A stretch of DNA of 64,000 bases from Blastocystis sp. Blastoise. Lineage: Eukaryota; Protista; Bigyra: Opalinata. The translations under genes were made by a program, and so were the position numbers. Of the stretch, positions 37,551-57,120 are shown piece by piece; position 1 is the first letter of the stretch; each line of letters begins with the position of its first letter. The notes under the pieces are model-generated. The model was given only the letters and a program-made list of their open reading frames with translations. It was not told the origin of the DNA and searched no databases. The stretch covers positions 434,001 through 498,000 of the forward strand of contig JBBPEB010000025.1 in assembly GCA_039096225.1 (NCBI GenBank). Reading direction: 5' to 3'.

Positions 37551-40287
37551 TCAATCGAGTTTCTTTTTCTTTAATTTATCTATATATAATTAAGAATAGA
37601 TTCTATATTATGTGAATTATGAATATAATACTTATAATATACATACGCTCTAAAACAGTAGTTATAAGTGATGAAGAATCAATGATATCAGAAGTTAATC
37701 CAATTGTCATTTGGGTTGTTGGATTAATAGTGTTTCTGTATTTGTTTTTTATATACACGAGATGACTGAAACCGCTCTCACAGAGATATGAAGTTGCAAA
37801 GGGAAGAAAACATTTCTTGGCTATATCATATAATAATGGAAAACGACTCTTATGGCTTATATAGAACTCATCTATTGGTACGTTATTAAATTCTTCTCTA
37901 CATGTTTTATCAGCAAGTAAACAGAAATACTCTTCTTTAACATGAAACTCCATTTTATTTTCGTCAGCTACTTTTGAAAATGGATTAGTAATCCAATATA
38001 AAGAATGATCAATAAGATTAGTTGTTGGTGTATTTTTTGGTTTTTTTATGTTACTATTCGTTTTCTTCTGCTTTTTATTCTTTTGTACTTCTCCTTGATT
38101 TGTATTATTACTTATTTCATTTGGAATGATTGCCCCAAGAGTTATTATACAATTGATATTAGCCTGAATTATATTTATATTACTAATGATTCCATTGTAT
38201 TGTCCTTGAATACTACTATTAGGGAAATTATTAAGAACACCAGAAATACTACCTAAAGTGTATCCATATACTAAATATGGAAAGTCAATTCTAATCGTTA
38301 CTTGAGTTTCTATTAATTGCTGAGTAACTATGTCAACATAGGTTATTAAGCCATTTACAACTCCATTTGGAGATACGCAACCTTGTAATGATCCAAGAAT
38401 ATTAAATTGGTTTGATACTACTGATGTATTGTTATTAACATTACTATTCACTTCATGAGATATATTTGATGTATTATGTGTATTTTCTTGGTCTATTAAA
38501 TATTCATTAAGGTCTTGAAGATACGATTCATCACTACCAATATAATTTAGTATTTCTGGGAAATAATTCAGTAAATTACGTCGAAGAGTTATTAGATGAT
38601 TTTTGATATAAAATATGATTGAATTAATATCAAGCTTGGTTGTAGATACATAATCCTTAAGTTTCGTAAATGATGAATAATCGTTATTATTTATTAGTCT
38701 TTCTAATCTCAACGATAATTTTATAAATAAATCCTTCATAATGTCTATTAACCCAAATATATATCTATGCTGTCCTTGCATTGATTTATTACAATCATAG
38801 AATAAACTGGTAACATCCTCAAGGTATAACATTGAAGCTATGAAGTTAGTATCAATAATGGTGTTATATAAGTCCTTCTTTTCTTTATCCTTTTTTATTA
38901 CTAGTGTTATTCCATTTCTAAGTAAATTAAATCTTTTAATTGATGAATGGCATGAAAGCCATCTTGTAGGGCAATAAAGGAGAAGTTTATAACTTCTAAT
39001 ATTTTTTTCCTTTTTTTCTTCCTTCTTATCATTACTATAAACTTCATGAATATTATTATCTATATTATTATCTGTATCAGATGTATCTAAAAGGGATTCA
39101 ACTACTTTATTATATTCTATCTCTAAAGAAGATATATTATTAGGGGAATCAGGTATGTTATCTTGAGGAGAGAAGATAGAAGAGGTTAATGAATATTCAT
39201 TATCAATATTGTAATTATTGGATTCGTCTTGTCTAACAGCAGACTTCTTTATATATGAAATTATCTCAACAGCACTTTTGAATATATTAGTGAAGTATTT
39301 TGGTAAACAGTTTACACAGAGTTCTTCTCTATGAAGAAAACAGTGGATGAACATACAATTCTTATTCTTCTCTAGTACTCGTGTTTTGAAGGAGTTTTTG
39401 TCTCCATTCATATTCGAAGCACCGTCAAAAGTAGCTGATACGCAATTATTCCACAGAAGGTTATTATTATTAAAGAAATTATCTACCATGTTAAATATAT
39501 TATCACCTGTTTTGGAACTAATCTGAAAAATACTTAAAAATGATTCAGTAAACTTTTTATTATATTCGTATCTAGCATAAACGAGTAAATAGGATTTCAT
39601 TTCTATGTCAGTTGACTCGTCAAGCTGAATAGAAAATGATCCTGATTGTCTTATCCTATTTATTACTTCTTGTTGAATTGTCAAAGCAATTTCATCACTT
39701 TTTCTTTTGATACTGCTTGAGGATAACGGAAGATTAGAAAGGACTTTGACATTCTTTAACCTTTCATATTCTTCAATAATAGGTTTAACTAATTTTTCTC
39801 CAGTTCTGTAGCTGTATCCATTCTTTGAAATGGAGTAGGCGATGAAATATGAAAGCTTACTGGATAAATCTGAAAAGCTAAAGAGAGAATTTGAGTATTC
39901 TGTGTTTTCATTATGATCTTTTAAGAGTTCTTGAATGTCATCATATGTATATTTGCTTAACCCATGTTTATTCTTGAAATGAGTGAAGAGTTTTGAGGCT
40001 TCATAACCTTTACACGTGAGAGTAGACTCACAGATTAAACAAAAATAGGAGTTTTTTGTTAATTTTTTAAATCCATAAACAACTGGATTGGCATTATATC
40101 TTTTAACTCCTTCTTTTACTTCACTATAATATTTGGATTTAGGATTAATATCTGGTTTATTATTCGTTTCTTCTGTAATTATGTCATCATCATCTTTTTT
40201 TTTTCGTCTGTTGTAGACTTGTCAATCTATATATATATATATATATTACTATTAATATACTTGTAATTTTTTAAAGTACTGTTCCAT
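37551..40287 (-). CDS. hAT transposase, Buster/ZBED5-like, with BED zinc finger
   Basis: Exon 1 MEQYFKKLQ (40261-40287), intron 40227-40260. BED finger CLIC..HFKNKH, LPLSSSSIKR, QLDESTD, FDGA, HCFLH, PTRW, WITNPF, ATSYLCESGFS, KNKYRN. One frameshift in an A10 run at ~40195-40204. The last short exon is tentative. Confidence 0.92.
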
Positions 40288-40432
40288 GTATTTAAACAAT
40301 AAAAAAAGTTTATCTAATATAGAATGTTCTTTTTGGTTTAGCAAAACATTTTCCCTTATATTTTTGTTTTTCCCGTGTTTTCATCACTTAAAATAACTAT
40401 GAAAATCACGGTAATAAAAAAGTAACTTTGTT

Positions 40433-40498
40433 ATTTAAGCGCAAAAATTTTGGTCCTTTCGCTTAACGAGTAACTACGTGGTGACCCCTGGCAAGAAC
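40433..40498 (-). repeat. Right subterminal motifs, TIR and TSD of the hAT element
   Basis: ATTTAAGCGCAAAAA...CGCTTAA...TGGTGACCCCTG|GCAAGAAC. Confidence 0.88.
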
Positions 40499-40987
40499 CG
40501 AGAGATTTCTAGCGGAGAGGTTTATAGAAGAAGGATTTGATAAAAGTAGTGATGACGCATTATGACTAGAAGGAAATAATATTCAATAAAAATGGCTATA
40601 CCACCTTGAACATGAGGTCAAAAGAAATGAATGTTCTTTTTTCCCATAAAACACAAGTTTATTGGATACTATTTGGTATTCAAATGTGGTTATATCATTA
40701 ACACTGAATATATGAAGCACTTCTCTTTTTGTATCTAAAGTTTCACCATTGATTATACAAAGAACAATCGAACATTCCTTTTTAAAGAACTAAAATTTGA
40801 GAAATATTGACTTTTAAAAAGATATAATGACAAGCCAAGGTATTAGAGTATGAAGAAGTTCTGAATTGAACATACATAATAAGAAACATGGAACAAAACA
40901 AGACAATTAAATGTGTATGTCACATGGTATTTTGCATAAAACTAAATAAAACAAATGAATATATGTGCATAGAAGGATATGTAGAGT

Positions 40988-43384
40988 TTAAAGTATGATT
41001 CTTTTTGATCGTTTGTGAAGATTATTGTTTTCATTCACTGCATCATCTATATATATGTGTTATAGATAATGTATTATATGATTGTAAATGAATAACTATG
41101 ACTATAAGCAGTTAATTTTAACAATAATATATTATAGATGAAAGAGATAAGAGAGAAAGAAGAGAATAATGAGCATACCTAGTAGACTGATAACTTGTGG
41201 TTGATTATTAGATGTTTCTGACTAGAGAAATATATATATGAGTAAAGAATAGTATATTACAGACAATATAAGAGACTAGAATAGGAATAGAAGAGTATTC
41301 TATTGTTTATAAGTGTCTATATACTTGTTGCGATGAAGATTCAATAGTAGTTTCGTTATGAAGAGAAGAAGAAGAAGGTTTATTATCTATAGTGGGAAAT
41401 ATAGACGTAATTAATTCTTGGAATAAAGATATAGGATGATTTTCAGGGGAATCTAACGTTGTTTCAAGACTATTATTATTATTATTATCTTTATTATTAT
41501 TATCTTTATTATTATTATTATCTTTATTATCTTTGTTATTATTATCTATATTATCTTTGTTATTATCATCTTTATTATTATTTTTATCATCTTCATTATT
41601 ATCTATATTCACGTTATCCTTTGTAACATTATAAGGAGAAGATGGAGAAGAAACAGAAGAGGAAGGACTTGAAGAAGGAGAGAGGTGAATTACATGAATT
41701 GCTTTCTTATTTTTTTTATCAATAGTCTTTTGTTCTATAGTATCTTGATCTATAGTATCTTGATCTATATTCTTCATATCACTATATTTCTTATCTCCAC
41801 ATTCTTCTTGTGTATTAGACTCACTACTATTATTACTAGTAACTAATTCTTCTTCTTCAGATAAAGCACTAGAACAATTACTTAACTCTTCTTCTTCTTC
41901 TAGTTGGATCTTTTCATTCTGTTTGTTTGACGCTATTATGAAAGGAATTAAATACAAGAAGAGACAGAAAAACAAGGAATTTATTGTCTATATATACATA
42001 TTATAGATTTATATATTCTATATCAAATGTAATATATACCATAGTAGCAGCAAATGAAAAAGCATTAAACCAACGAAACTTATAAAGAAATCGTCTATAT
42101 AGATGTTATTATTGATTATTTAGGATAATAATAAAAAAAAAGTATTACATACTTATTCAAACAAATATATGAGAACAAAATATCAATTATATTTATAGTA
42201 TAGATAATAAAGGTATATAAATGAAAAGAAAGATATAAATATAAATAAATATACTTAAATAGATTATAATGAGGATCTATATGTATCGATGCATTTTGAA
42301 TGGTTAACGAAGGGTCAGAAAGTGTTATACTGACAGAAGAAAGAGGGAAAAAAGAATTCTAAGAAGTAATCATATATATATATATATATAAATATAATTA
42401 TATATATTTATAACAATGAAAAAATGATATAGAATTTATAAGATAATTAATAAAAAATAATTTAAATAACAAACTAACATCACTATTATATATATATACT
42501 TCTTTATAACCAAAGAAACAAGGTATATTTAAGTCAAAAGATGTATCTGATTTCCATATATCGATCCACCATAATAAAATAAATCTAAATATTCTTTTTA
42601 TTAATGGTTTTCTTGGTATATAAGCTTCTTTAACACTTTGAGCTATAATAGTATTATTATGATAGATTTTTGAAGTTACATAAAAAGGAGGTTGTCTAAA
42701 CGAAGAACTCTCTGAAATAATGCGAAGATGTAAATTAATATCATATTTAACCTTGGGATTTATTATTCTATATATATATGTAGATATTAAATAGAATACT
42801 CATTATAGAACAAAAACATTTGTTGAAAATATAGATAATAATACAAAGAGCAAATGAATCAATATATATTATTATTTGATTAAAAAATATATATACTTTG
42901 AATCCTTAGATTCATTATTTTGAAGGAGGTAAGAGTCATAATCAGAATTATAGGTAGTCAAATTCAGACAAGTATTAAGTTGAAATCCACTATAACTATT
43001 TACTGATACATAAGGGGATGGTGTCTCTCTATATTTCATAAAATAAATGGTATTAAAGGGAGATATATTCCAGTAAAGACGACAGGAAAAGAATTTGGAG
43101 TCGCAATGATAATCTTATTGTATATGGACCAGAAAAAAATAAAATAACATATGAAAAGACTCATAGAAGTGAAGATCAAAACAGATCCTTTGATTAAGTA
43201 GCATATGATTTTTGCTGCAATAGATGTAAATAGTTCCTATATAGATAATGGTAGTGTTAAATGAATAAAAAATAGACCATAATGAATCAGATACAGTGAA
43301 GAATCCAGGTTTATCATTTTGATCATGTGCAGAACTCTTAGGAGTATTGGAATTAATGCGATTGACAGACTTTTGAGATTTCAT
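40988..43384 (-). CDS. BSCL2: Seipin-like lipid droplet biogenesis protein
   Basis: TM1 then SIYNKIIIATPNSFPVVF; KYDINLHLRI; IIAQSVKEAYIPRKPLIKRI; ENSFFPLSSVSITLS..IQNASIHIDPHYNL..FLYKFRW then TM2 and an acidic tail. Colinear with the seipin domain. Confidence 0.7.
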
Positions 43385-43607
43385 TATTTAGAAAAAGAAG
43401 AAAAAAAATACTCTAGAAAACGGAAATTCTATAAAAGAGAGCTCAGTTCAATCGAAGTTCTTTCACTCATTTTTGATATATCCACGGGAATTTCTTTTTT
43501 CTTCTCTTTTTATTGGTGTTTCCAAGGAGAATTATTTTTTGACACTATCATTTGTTTTCTTTCATTATTTCATATAAATAAGACACAAATACTAATAAAA
43601 ATTATCA

Positions 43608-44770
43608 ATGAGTACAACAGAAGAATCTACCAAAAGATTCCCCAAAGTTCCAGAATATCGTGCTAACAAATCTCTTGTTCATTGGGATGATTCTCTTAAC
43701 ATGGGTCTAATTGAGAAATTCAAGTATATAATGAATATCTGTATTCATATTTTAATAGTAATATATATTTTATAGAGGTACATATATACAACAATTTGGA
43801 ATAACTTATGATAAAAGTGTATATTTATTGCCAGAAGAGGTTTTATATTTGAAGTCATCAGATATTATTACTGTAGAGTATAATGGCGATTATTTAACTT
43901 ATCAAGTATCTTGTTAATTTCTTTATTATAAAAAAATATATTTTTTAAAGGATTTAAGGCTGCGTATCATTCCAAGATATATTGATATTCCATCTTTTGC
44001 TACTTATTGTTTCTTTAGAAACAACAATTATCGCGTTCTTCGCGTTGAAAGGTATGATTCTTCTTCATATTTATTATTATTATATTTTATTTCGTTTCAA
44101 TTATCTATATAGACCTATAAGTTTACCTATAAAACGACTTTATATGAAAACATTCACAAATTCTTTAGATAATTATGATTCGAATGAAGATACAAACTCA
44201 ATAGATATAGATGAATTGTCATGTATATATATATATATATTTAGTATACATAAATGCTCTTTTTAGTGATATTTATTGCTCTATTTGTTGTTTCTTTTTA
44301 TTTGCTTTTATATATATTTTAATTGATTGATTTATAAATTAATATAAGTTTTTTAAGTATTTTAAAATTATTTGCTTTCATATAAATATATATTTAAATA
44401 TATATATATAGCTCTATTTTCATTTGATATTATTAATCCTGACAGGCCTTATAAAAGAACTTCTCCTGGGCTACCTGACTATAAATGTGTTATTTCAACG
44501 TATATATATATATTTATAGTCTATTTTATGTAATAATAATATATTATTATTTTTTTTCTCTTCTAATTATTCAAATTATATATATATTCTTCTAGTATTC
44601 ATAATAACTTTTTTTCTTCTGAAGAAATAAAAACTATGTATAATACTATTTCAAATTCTTCAAATAATGATATTAAAGTGATTGTGGCTATCGTTGAAGA
44701 TGAAAGTACAGTATTAACTTATAAATTGAATAATCCATTACTGATTTCACCATCCAAATACATGAATTGA
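43608..44770 (+). CDS. TSEN54: tRNA-splicing endonuclease subunit Sen54
   Basis: GTYIQQFG..YLLPEEVLYL, TYCFFRNNNYRVLR and FDIINPDRPYKRTSPGLPDY match Sen54 N- and C-terminal motifs. Confidence 0.75.
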
Positions 44771-45031
44771 AATGTTTTGTATTACTAAATTTTTTTTATA
44801 GTTGTTTTCATCATTTTTAAATTTTCTGTTTTTTTTTCTGGTTGTTTTATATTTTTTGTAATTCTTTATTGCTATCGTTTGTTCTTTTCTATCATTTAGC
44901 TTATTTATTATATCCTATGCTATTCATACATTTCTTTTATAATTCTTTTTATACGAAATACTACTAATATTTATTTAAAATAACTAAAACTATTTCTATG
45001 ATATAAAAGCAGATTCTATTCTTGAATATAA

Positions 45032-45118
45032 CTCGCTGTAATATAGTGGCTAGTACCATTAATTAGGTGGATTCTCCATCACTATTAAATAACCGAAGTT
45101 CGATTCCTTGCGGCGAGG
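45032..45118 (+). tRNA. Atypical tRNA-like gene (identity unresolved; extended anticodon arm or intron)
   Basis: 7-bp acceptor CTCGCTG/CGGCGAG, A-box TAATATAGTGG, GTTCGATTC T-loop, downstream oligo-T. The anticodon region carries ~15 extra nt. Confidence 0.6.
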
Positions 45119-45990
45119 GTATATATATTTTTTTTCATTATTTCTTTTCGTTTATTTTTTTAAAAATTATTGCACTTTAAAAGTATATGATTTATTTATA
45201 AACCGTAATAATTTGGAGTGAAGAATGGCAAATAAAAAATACTCAAGTCGATTTGAAAATTTGTTGTTGTAAATGACTTTTCCTCTTGTTCACATACTAC
45301 TGATTCATAATAAAACACCATAAAACTTATGAATCATTAAGAATAACTTGGAAAAACATTATTGACACAGTTCCATCATTTTTGAATTCTTTCTTTGAAT
45401 GAGTGATATCTTATTTTTATGAGCATACATTGATCTAACAGATTGTCTTGATTATAAAACAATTAAAAAAACAACAAAATAGTGTCAATTACGATCATTC
45501 TTAGAATTTCCTTTTTGATATTATGAATAGTGCTTCTTATTATAATAAAAGGTTGTATGAGCCGTAGAGAACATATACATAACTAAGATACACAGTTTAT
45601 TCAAGTAAGTCACACTATGATCGTTTTAGTTTTTGTTTATTTTACTCTAATCTTTTCATAATCATACATAGATGTTAATATAAATATATTTAAAAGAAAA
45701 TAGAAGAAAATAAATATAGAAATCACACCTTTAATTTCTGATAAGTCAAGTAAAATATTTCGAGATAGTTTCTCTTTTTGATTATGGAAAATCATCAAAT
45801 AATTGGTCTTCTTTTTCTTTATTCTTGGGAATCGTTAATTATTTGGAAAATGGTCATAAAGTTTGTAAATATTAATGAGAACTTATAAGTTTTATTTTCT
45901 TTTGTTTTTATATTCTAAAATAAATATTTATTCATTTCTTGATTTATTCAAGTTTAAAACAAGGATCTACATTTGTTTTACTGAGAATCC

Positions 45991-50975
<4,985 letters not shown>

Positions 50976-51670
50976 ATTATATATATATATATATATATAA
51001 ATATAATTACTATTATCTAACCAATTTTTATTTCTTAGCAACCTATTCATATTTATTCATTTTATTTTGATTCAAAATGTAAATAAATGTATATATTTTT
51101 TTCATTTTTAATTTTCTTTTTTCCTTTTTTATTTAATTAACTTTCTATTAATATAATATATGATTATTATAATATGTTTCTTATTATATATTTTAATCTA
51201 GTATATAATACTATCTTTTTCTCTTGTTTTTTCTTCCTTTTGTTTTTTTGTCATTTATTTTTATGATACTTTTTTTTTATTTATAGAATACTTTTTTTCA
51301 TTTTCTTCTTTTTTTGACACTTTTATTATTTCCATCTATTTCTGTGTTTATCGTTTGTTTGTGCTGCTATTCTTATAGTTCAACATCTTTTTTTTTATAT
51401 ATATACATTAAATAATTTATATGTTTTTTTGCTCTGTTCTTTATTATCAGATTTCATGTAAATTGATTAGTGATGGTTTATTTATAAATAAATACGCATA
51501 AATGTTCTTATACAATAATGATCAACAAAATTTCATAATTATATTTTCAATACTTTAATAGTTACAATATAGGATACTTAAGATAAATATATTTAAAAGA
51601 AGAATAAAACATTATTATTGTATAGATTCTTATGAATAAAATAAAAAAATAAAAATAGAAACAATACCAT

Positions 51671-52986
51671 TTAGTTTCTGGCCTTCTTTCTTTCAGCCTT
51701 AGTAACAGCATGATAACCGCTTCTAATTGTAGCAACAGAACGACGACCTCCACAAGAATGACAATCTAAGAAATAAAGTTTATTATCAGGATCACGAATA
51801 AGACTGGTATTCACAGAACGACAATTAGGACATACCAAATATATAGCTATATATATATATAGATAGATAACCAATATGAATAATAATTAAATTATGAATA
51901 ATATAAATATAATAATATAAATATAAATAATATAAATAACATAAATAATATTAATATAGAAATATATTTTTTAAGAAGGGATTCAATCTTTGCAGTAACA
52001 TATTTTCCTTTAATCATAAATTGATTCTTACCATCAATAGCACCCTCTGTACCTAATTCACTAAGAACAAAGCTTTGAACATGTTTAGGGTCTCTATTAA
52101 TTTGTGTACAATGATCAAAGAAATTAGCCCAACATGTACGGGTAGTACCCACTCTCATTACTAGAAGAAGAATAGTTATTATAGTAATAATAATAAATGA
52201 ATAGTATATTATTTATATATAGAATATAATAAATAGAAATAAATATAAATAGAATAAAAGCATTAAATATAAATCGAATAAATAGAAATAAATATAAATA
52301 GAAATAAATAGAAATAAATATAAATATAATAAAAATAATAAATATAAATAAATATAAATATAATAAAAATAATAATATAATATAAACATAATAAATATAT
52401 ACTAGTAAAAGGAGGAAGTTTAATCTTATTAACAACACTTTGACCACTTTCTTTATTAATTTGTTGATATACTAAATCTAATAATTCTTTATAAGTATAA
52501 TATTCATCTCCAGCAGTTTCAGCAGTTAAATAAGCAGAATCATTTTGTTCATCCATATTGTTATCTATTTCTTCTTCTTCTCGTTCTCTCTTTCTAGTCT
52601 TCTTTAAGTTACTATCGCTAAAATAAGCAATCATCTATACAAAAAATATATAATGATTAAAAAAAAAACTCTTTATTTATGAACTAACTATAAACGATCT
52701 AAAATAAAACGCATACTTCTTCTTTAGCCTTTATATCCTGTTCAGTAAGGACAATTTCTTCTTCAGCAGGAGTAGCATCACCTTCTTTATCTTTCTTTTC
52801 ATCCTTATCTTTCTTTTCTTTCTTTTCTTTCTTCTCCTTCTTTTCATCCTTATCTTTCTTTTCTTTCTTTTCTTTCTTTTCTTTCTTTTCATCCTTATCT
52901 TTCTTCTCCTTCTTTTCTTTCTTTTCCTTCTTTTCCTTCTTTTCTACAACGACTTCTTCTTTTTGGATTTCTTCTGTATCACTCAT
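51671..52986 (-). CDS. EIF2S2: Translation initiation factor eIF2 beta subunit
   Basis: Lys-rich N-terminus, YTYKELL, RVGTTRTCWANF, SELGTEGAIDG, CPNC..CHSC zinc ribbon. Confidence 0.95.
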
Positions 52987-53673
52987 TCTCTTTTTACTAA
53001 TTATATGAATTAATTATCTTTATGAAAAGTTTTCTTTGGTAATTGTATGGAATGAAATATTGCTGGGAATTCAAGAATTTAAAGGCTTTTCGCATTGTTC
53101 CCCTTGGAAATCGACTCTTACGGCTTCTTTTTTATTATTTTTTATTGCCGATTTTCTCTTGATATATGCTCTAATCAATGCAAAAAACATTAATCAGATT
53201 GATTATAATGTGTTTTTATGACCATTTAATAAATCACTTGCGTTTTTATTATGTCATTACATGCTAATCCACTTTTTAATAGCACATTATTAATATGAAC
53301 TGTGTAAAAATTATATGTTACGTGATAATTATATTATATATATTAGTGAAATAAACAATTACAGTCTTGTAGATATATCTTTGGTGATTTTTATATCACT
53401 TCGACCATTCTTCTTATAGAAAACGCCTTCTATATATTCGCATGAAAGAATAATAGTGTTTCATGTAATAAAAAAGCTATTTGTAAGTTGCTTATATTAT
53501 TTTATATATGCATTGTTGTTTGTGTATCATATTAATGATAATATATAGATAGATGATTTAGAATATAAACATATATGTATGTGAACCTAACAAAAATATT
53601 TGTTAATCATAAAATAATTCATTTATGACACAAATTTAGCAATATAAGAATAGATTCAATAATAATCATTATT

Positions 53674-55130
53674 CTAATTGCAGTATTCTCCATCCCATAG
53701 TTTTTCTAATGAATTATCACCAGGTAAACATCCTCTAAAATCACAGAGTCTTTTTCCTTTATCTATTTGTTTTATTTTATTCATTTCTTCTTCTGTTAAT
53801 TCAAAATCTAAAATATTCATATTTTCGATCAATCGATCATTATGCATTGTTTTGGGTATTACTGCAGACCCTCTTTGAATCCCCCAACGAAGTACAATTT
53901 GAGCGGGTGTTTTATTATGATTTTTAGCTATTGTCCTTATTATTGAATTCTTTAATGGTTTCAGAGAATCACTCCTATGTGTATAGAATATTTTGAAGAG
54001 AAACAGAATTAAATATAATATATATATAATAATAATACTATACGCTTCATTTCCAAGTGGGAAATATGCTGTTACAGTTATATTATGTTGTTTACAATAC
54101 TCTAGTGTTTCCCATTGTTGTAATAAAGGATGTAATTCTATCTATAAACAAATAAATAAAAAATACTATATATATTATGAAGTTTATAATATTATAATAT
54201 ATAGTAAAAGAAATGACAAAAAAAAAATACTATATAAACATGTATATATGATATTCTATAAATATAAATATTATAAAGCACGAAAAAGTGATAAAAATAA
54301 ATAAAATGAAAACAAATATATATTATACTTGAAGATTAACAGGCATTATTGTGCACGAAGGTAAAAACTCTTTCATTTTTTTAACAGTAAAATTACTGAT
54401 TCCAATATTACGAATTTCTTTCTATATTATATATATGTAATTTTTAAAATCAAAGCATATATATATGTTTCAATACTTTTTCAACAAGTTTTTCTAATTC
54501 TTTCCATGTATTTGCCATTCTTTCTGGATTCCATCTATATTCGTGAAAATGATATATTCAATAAAAATATTGATTTCTGTAGATACCCTATCAGTTCCAT
54601 AGGCTGATTGTGTGTCTCTTCATGAACTAAGAATTCATAGGGCTGATGAATAAGATATAAATCAATATAATCTAATTGGAGATTCTTTTTACTTCGTTCA
54701 AATGCTTTAGAAACACGTCTTGGATCTAAATCGTCACTACTATATATTTAAATGATAAATTATTGTATATTAATAGTCTATATAGAATATTTGTAAAAAA
54801 AAATAATAATATAACTTTGTTGTAAAAAATAAAATAATATAACTTTGTTGTAAAAAAGATATAACTTTATTGTAAAAAATATAATTACTATAACTTTGTT
54901 GTAACAAATAGATCTTCACGTTTGACAATTCCATCAACAATTGCTCTTTGAATTGCCTGGCCTACTTCTTTTTCGTTTGAATACATGGATGCAGTATCAA
55001 TTGATCGATATCCAAGTTTAATAGCTTGATAAATTATATTGATTCCTTCATGACCTTGAATTAAGTAAGTACCTAATCCAAGTGAAGGCATTGTATATCC
55101 ATTTAGAAATTTAAGAGTAGAGATACTCAT
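53674..55130 (-). CDS. Aldo-keto reductase
   Basis: MPSLGLGT, IDTASMYSNE, FVTTKL, DLYLIH, IGISNF, AQIVLRW, IPKT. Catalytic D/Y/K/H present. Confidence 0.93.
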
Positions 55131-55479
55131 ATTGATTATTAAGATATTCAAAAGTAAGATATAATGTGAAGAAGATATAAAAAAAATCATTAAAAAAAGT
55201 ATTCGATTTGTCAAACTGACTATATATTTGTTTCTCTTACAAAATTGACCAATGATTTATAAAAACATAATGTGTTTCCAATATTTTTGAAATATAAACC
55301 TTCTTTTTAGTTTAATTTTTCTTATAAAAAAAAAATAACAATTAAATTGATTAGCTCTTTTATATAATAGTAAATATTATTAAAAAAATAAATTGCCCGA
55401 TATATATATACAATTCTTAAAAACAACAATATACATGTGAATAATAGAATAAATATACAAAAAATGAAAAAAATATTGT

Positions 55480-56543
55480 TTACAAAAAGTCTTCAATATC
55501 AATAATAGTAAGTAAATATAGTAAGATACTACCTCCAGCTATTAAATAAAAGTTACGATTACTTTTTCTGTCAATATGAACAATTTCTTCTCCTTCTTTT
55601 TCTTCTGTTTTCTTCTCTATATATAGTATTATATGCATAATTTATAATATTAATAAAGAAATAATAATTGATTTTATTTGTATATATATACCATCTTGTC
55701 TCCATTCATTATCTTCAATTGGAGTGGCTATAATAATAAGTATAAGTATAATAATAGCAAGTATAATAATAATAATCAGTATAATTATAAGTATAATAAT
55801 AATAATAATAAGTATAAGAATAATAATAGCAAGTATAATAATAATAATAAGAAATATATATATATATACCAGAGTTAATAGAATAAGGTAGACAATCATC
55901 ACTTGAAGAAGCATGTGCCGATATACGTAAATTATAATAATGCTAAATATATATGTATATAGAATAAAATACTAATGTATAATACATATATAGCTATTTC
56001 TTTTAAAAAAGTGAATATATATATATATATATATACAATCCATGGATTTCTCGAAACTTCTTCTCCAAAAGCAGCAGAGAAATACTGTTTCATAATTCGT
56101 TCATAATAACGAATTAAATGATCAAAATCTTTTAATAATGTTTTTAAACCAGAAGAAGATAATTGTAATTGAGCTATTAATCCAAATAAATAAGCATCTA
56201 ACGTTGAAGGTCTTTATATATATATATACATAATTATATAATATAGATAAAAATACATATATTATTTTATTAAAAAAAAAAATAATACTATTTATTAAAC
56301 TATATATCAATATACTTTTCTCCATATATATAATTATTATATCCTAATTTTGTTTCAAATGTACGTAAATATGAAGATAATTTATATAGATTCTATATAT
56401 ATATATAATTAAATAAATAATATAAATAATATATATATATAGTAATACTTCATTATTATTTGTATATCCTTTTAATTTCAATTCATGATTTAATGATTGA
56501 GATTTAGTTAATATATAATAACTATATATAATAATAATATATA

Positions 56544-56582
<39 letters not shown>

Positions 56583-57120
56583 AGTTATAAGGGAAAGAGA
56601 GTAGTTTTATATAGGGCCATAAATCAGTTGTTAAATTATTTGTTACTTGCCATTTTCGATATTCATATAAATATTGTAAAGAATCGTTTATAAGAGCAAT
56701 AAATGCAAGACTATCAGATTGCTGTTCTGGACTTATATTACAATCAAGGTCAACAGCCTACAAAATAATAATCAAACAAATAATTATGAAAAAATTTGAA
56801 TATACATTTTCTTTTAAATAAGATATTATATCTGAATTAGGAATTAATTTGTGTCCATCTTGTAAAACAGGTACTTTACCTTTATGTACACAATATATAA
56901 AATAAATATATTATTGTAAGCATACCAACAGATACCATATTCATATAATGGATGTTTTCTTCAGTATAATCAATATTTGCAAATCTCATATAGGCCTAGA
57001 ATGTATTTAAAATAATTTTTTGAATATCTATATAGCAAATTATTATCATACATGTATTGTCCATGCATATTCATTTTGAATCAAGTGATAAGGAACTTTA
57101 ATTGCTTCTTCAATATTCAT
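55480..57120 (-). CDS. Metaxin-like mitochondrial outer membrane protein (GST fold, C-terminal TM)
   Basis: AYMRFANI, GKVPVLQDG..DIISYLK, YGE-PSTLDAYLFG, C-terminal hydrophobic anchor. Confidence 0.75.
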
